A stretch of 62,613 nt of DNA, counting the filler, from Deltaproteobacteria bacterium (GTDB lineage Bacteria; JAEEML01), in the NCBI GenBank assembly GCA_016283195.1. It is 6 parts of 6 records of this genome, joined end to end, with 100 filler letters (N's around TTAATTAATTAA, not from the genome) between each part and the next. Parts side by side here need not be neighbours in the genome. Positions count along the whole stretch, not along the records: positions 59,452 to 62,613 come from JAEEML010000186.1; 5 more parts are not named here. One strand, written 5' to 3'. The notes beneath the pieces are model-generated. The model worked only from the letters and a program-made list of their open reading frames with translations, did no database searches and was not told where the DNA came from. Positions 59,452 through 62,613 of the stretch are shown here, one piece after another. The position numbers and the translations under genes are program-made. The first letter of the stretch is position 1. Each line of letters opens with the position of its first letter.

Positions 59452-59685
59452 CTTTACTCTTTTGCCGATGCCGCAAAAGTGTGCCCGGAGGGCTTCCGCC
59501 TGCCCACTAAGGAAGATTTTGAAGATCTGAACGAATATGCTTTTGGCCAGGTTAAAGATGAAGATTTAATCTTTTTTGCCCTGGTGTCCAAAGGGGTGGC
59601 TACCTGGGCCTATGAAGAAGAAATAGAGGCCAGCGGCCTCTTGGGCTTTAATGCCCTGCTCTCGGTGCGCTGTATTAAAGATTAA
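59452..59685 (+). CDS. FISUMP domain C-terminal fragment (5' truncated, apparent internal deletion)
   Basis: CPEGFRLPT, GFNAL, SVRCIKD. Confidence 0.7.
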   Translation, partial: LYSFADAAKVCPEGFRLPTKEDFEDLNEYAFGQVKDEDLIFFALVSKGVATWAYEEEIEASGLLGFNALLSVRCIKD

Positions 59686-59721
59686 AATTATCCCTTATCC
59701 CCGCCGCTTGCAAAAGCCAAT

Positions 59722-60507
59722 TTAACCGCCCAGAGCCACATCAAGAGTGAGCATGATGGTAAAGCCCAGGCCAAAAAAGATGGTGCCGACGTTGGAATGT
59801 TCGCCCTCGCTCATTTGCGGAATGAGCTCTTCCACCACCACATAAATCATGGCCCCGGCGGCAAAGCTTAGACAGTAAGGTAAGATAGGCACTACGAGGG
59901 CAGAGGCCACAATGGTGAGTAGGGCGCCCAGTGGCTCCACAATGCCGGAGAGGAGGCCATAGCCAAAGGCTTTGGGCTTTTTGGTGCCGGAAGCCAGTAG
60001 CGGCATGGAGATGATGGCTCCCTCCGGGAAATTTTGGATGGCAATGCCGATGGCGAGCGCCATAGCGCCGGCCAGGCTGATGGTGGTTTCCCCGGCCAGC
60101 CAGCCGGCAAAAACCACGCCTACCGTCATGCCTTCCGGGATGTTGTGGAGCGTTACTGCCAAAAACAGCATGACGCTCCGGGCAAAAGAGCTCTTGGGCC
60201 CCTCGCTCTTATCGGAAGTGGGGTGGAGGTGTGGGATTATATGGTCCAAAAGGAGCAAAAAGAGCATACCCACCCAAAAGCCGACAACCGCCGGGATAAA
60301 AGAGAGTTTGCCCATGCCGCTGGCCTGCTCCATAGCTGGAATTAAAAGGCTCCAGATAGAAGCGGCCACCATGACTCCGGCGGCAAAACCGGCCAGCAGG
60401 CGGCTCACAAATTGCGAAAGACCGTTTTTGAAAAAAAAGACACATGAGGCCCCAAGCATGGTACCGATAAAAGGAATTGTGAGGCCGAGGATAACTTCTT
60501 GGTGCAT
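59722..60507 (-). CDS. ZIP family (ZupT/GufA) metal transporter
   Basis: FAAGVM.AAS.WSLL.PA, TLHNIPEG, IQNFPEG, AAGAMIYVV.EELIP. Confidence 0.93.
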   Translation of the reverse strand: MHQEVILGLTIPFIGTMLGASCVFFFKNGLSQFVSRLLAGFAAGVMVAASIWSLLIPAMEQASGMGKLSFIPAVVGFWVGMLFLLLLDHIIPHLHPTSDKSEGPKSSFARSVMLFLAVTLHNIPEGMTVGVVFAGWLAGETTISLAGAMALAIGIAIQNFPEGAIISMPLLASGTKKPKAFGYGLLSGIVEPLGALLTIVASALVVPILPYCLSFAAGAMIYVVVEELIPQMSEGEHSNVGTIFFGLGFTIMLTLDVALGG

Positions 60508-60687
60508 GGCTCCTCCAATCGGGCGCTATATAATCATTTATAACTAATAATGCACCCCTAAAATTCGCTCTATTTGCATTTATTAGTAATTTTGATTATA
60601 CTATGCGGCGGTGTGAGAATGAAAATAGTCTGTTTTACAGCAGTATTGCGTGCAGTTAGGTAAAGTAACCATTATAAGGAGGCTATT

Positions 60688-62145
60688 ATGACTAACTTAC
60701 CTAGAATGCTTTTCTTCTCTTTCACTCTTGCCTTTTCTCTTGCTTCCGCCGGTTGCTTTTTTGTCCCTGAAGATGAGCCGGACAGTGACCAGGAGAAAAA
60801 TGACGATGATGAGTCAAGCTCATCGCGTAGAGATTACAAAATCGACCCGCCCAAAGTGGAGATTGATAATTCCGGCGTTGCCACCTGGTATCAAGTCTCC
60901 GCTGTTGGTTATGTTTATAATTTAAACGGCAAAGATTCTGAACAGCTTGGCACCAAAACCGAAGAACGCCGCGTGCAAATGAAGGAAGGCGATACTATTA
61001 AGGTAAAGGCCATTGCCTATAAGCCCGAAGAATCGAGTGACTGGTCGGCACCGCAAACTTATGTTAAGGCGAATTACGATTTTGCCGGCATTGGCCTTCC
61101 TGATGTTTGTTACAACTATCTTGTGAGCGCTCAAAATATGGCGCCGGGCAATTACGATATCGACGAGGATAGTTTTTATAAAGCACAAAACGGCGATGTC
61201 TTGTTTGGCGATATTGAAGGGCGGATGTATATATTTTCCAGCGCCAACGGATACCGCTTCTTTGAAACCCATCACAATTACTCGGATGATTTGACCTCCG
61301 ATTACAAGGAGACAGATTATCGGGACAACAAACTGGCCTATTATCAAAATTGGTGCCTGATGATTGGCCCGGTCTTTTCTATGGTGGAAAACTATTTGAA
61401 AGACCCCGAAGGTGCCTATTCGCTTTTGGTTACTCCCAGCAGCGATACTAAAGCATATGCCAATTATGATGATTTTCTGACAACCAAGGGCAAAACTTTT
61501 TTACCTAAAGAGGTTATCGATCCCCAGGTGGTTACCAGTTTTGAATTGCAGGAGCACACCGAATTTTCCGGCAGCGGCTATAAAAATTATCTCAACACGC
61601 AATATATGCAAAAACGCGATGTTTCCTTCCTAGACAGCTTAGAAAGTAAAATAAAGAGCTGGACTGTTACATATTGTAACTTTGGCCAACAATATTATTA
61701 CACCGACACTGAGTTCACGGTGAATTTTGTCGATGACATGGCTGATGACGACATTTTAGCCATGCGCAGTGCTTTATCGCAAGCTGGGGTTACTTGGGAA
61801 ATGGCGGATCTTACTCCGGAACTTAAGGCCCAAATGGAAGAAAATGGCCTTGATGTGAGCCTTTATGAATCCATGCTTTTGGGTGGCGGCTCCGGCAAGC
61901 GGCTTATTTATCAATATAAATGCACCGAAGATGATATTGAAGATTATGAAGATGATTATGTTTACCAACATATTGGCTATGGTGATATACAAGCGCATCT
62001 ACTCAAGGTTACCTATATAAATAGAATCTGGTATGATGGTGGTTGTTTTGGCTGGGCGGCTTTTGAGCGTAGCGGCTTCCACCGTTATCTGCCGGATGAT
62101 AATGGTGGATATAATGACCTCTTGTTGGTGCCAGCCAATCAGTAA
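60688..62145 (+). CDS. Acidic lipoprotein, hypothetical
   Basis: AAGGAGG SD; lipobox SAGC; 485 aa. Confidence 0.7.
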   Translation: MTNLPRMLFFSFTLAFSLASAGCFFVPEDEPDSDQEKNDDDESSSSRRDYKIDPPKVEIDNSGVATWYQVSAVGYVYNLNGKDSEQLGTKTEERRVQMKEGDTIKVKAIAYKPEESSDWSAPQTYVKANYDFAGIGLPDVCYNYLVSAQNMAPGNYDIDEDSFYKAQNGDVLFGDIEGRMYIFSSANGYRFFETHHNYSDDLTSDYKETDYRDNKLAYYQNWCLMIGPVFSMVENYLKDPEGAYSLLVTPSSDTKAYANYDDFLTTKGKTFLPKEVIDPQVVTSFELQEHTEFSGSGYKNYLNTQYMQKRDVSFLDSLESKIKSWTVTYCNFGQQYYYTDTEFTVNFVDDMADDDILAMRSALSQAGVTWEMADLTPELKAQMEENGLDVSLYESMLLGGGSGKRLIYQYKCTEDDIEDYEDDYVYQHIGYGDIQAHLLKVTYINRIWYDGGCFGWAAFERSGFHRYLPDDNGGYNDLLLVPANQ

Positions 62146-62214
62146 AAAACTTTCCAAAATTAAAAGATAATTTCCTCTATTACAAAAAAAGTGCATTTTT
62201 CCGAAAAAAAGTTG

Positions 62215-62242
62215 TTGACAAATTTCTCTGCCTGAGTAATAT
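62215..62242 (+). promoter_or_regulatory. rRNA operon promoter
   Basis: A-tract UP element, TTGACA-16 bp-TAATAT, GC-rich discriminator. Confidence 0.7.
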
Positions 62243-62414
62243 GCCGCTCACGTCAGCAAGAGCTGACCAGCCGCCCTGCGGCTTAGCTCCCTGAAAACTG
62301 AATATCGGATATACGATAAAGACGCACGTTGCGAGTTCGAGAAGAACTCATAACGGTCGAAAAAACAGTAAGACCAACGTTAATTAAGAATCAGAATTGA
62401 TTCTTTCCAATTTA

Positions 62415-62613
62415 TAATTGGAGAGTTTGATCCTGGCTCAGAACGAACGCTGGCGGCGTGCTTAACACATGCAAGTCGAACGCGAACGGGGTAACCCTAG
62501 TAGAGTGGCGCACGGGTGAGTAACACGTGGGTAATCTGCCTTATGGTTCGGGATAACCAGTGGAAACGCTAGCTAATACCGGATAGGCACTGTGTCACAA
62601 GGCATAGTGAGAA
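62415..62613 (+). rRNA. rrs: 16S rRNA 5' end (partial)
   Basis: AGAGTTTGATCCTGGCTCAG at 62422, AACGAACGCTGGCGGC, CATGCAAGTCG, GGGTGAGTAACACG. Confidence 0.98.

Overview
This window is a concatenation of six draft or MAG contigs joined by artificial 100-bp N/TTAATTAATTAA/N linkers (29632, 33558, 46262, 53618, 59352), so gene order across the linkers means nothing. Gene content (Hanks kinases, PilZ, lamin-tail, EGF and Cys-rich lipoproteins, an ArsA-like pair, desulfoferrodoxin) and the partial 16S suggest an anaerobic Myxococcota/deltaproteobacterium-like organism (inference). Positions 1-9.7 kb hold a complete type I-C CRISPR-Cas locus on the minus strand: cas3, cas5c, cas8c (with internal cas11), cas7, cas4, cas1, cas2, a YhcG/DUF1016 nuclease gene, the leader and the array. 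The best finding is a hidden CRISPR-like RNA unit between cas3 and cas5: a shortened repeat, a 16-nt guide and a 3' hairpin. The guide matches 15/16 nt of a TTT-PAM-flanked site 6 bp upstream of the cas5 -35 box, which fits RNA-guided autorepression. The rest is housekeeping genes (pnt, deoC, DAHP synthase, ruvA, glmS, aqpZ, PPIases, hrpB, engB, HU/IHF, tRNA-Gly, 16S) plus an accessory, decaying region (46-53.6 kb) with REP-like repeats, an RM remnant, a frameshifted AlbA-ATPase and an IS3 end.
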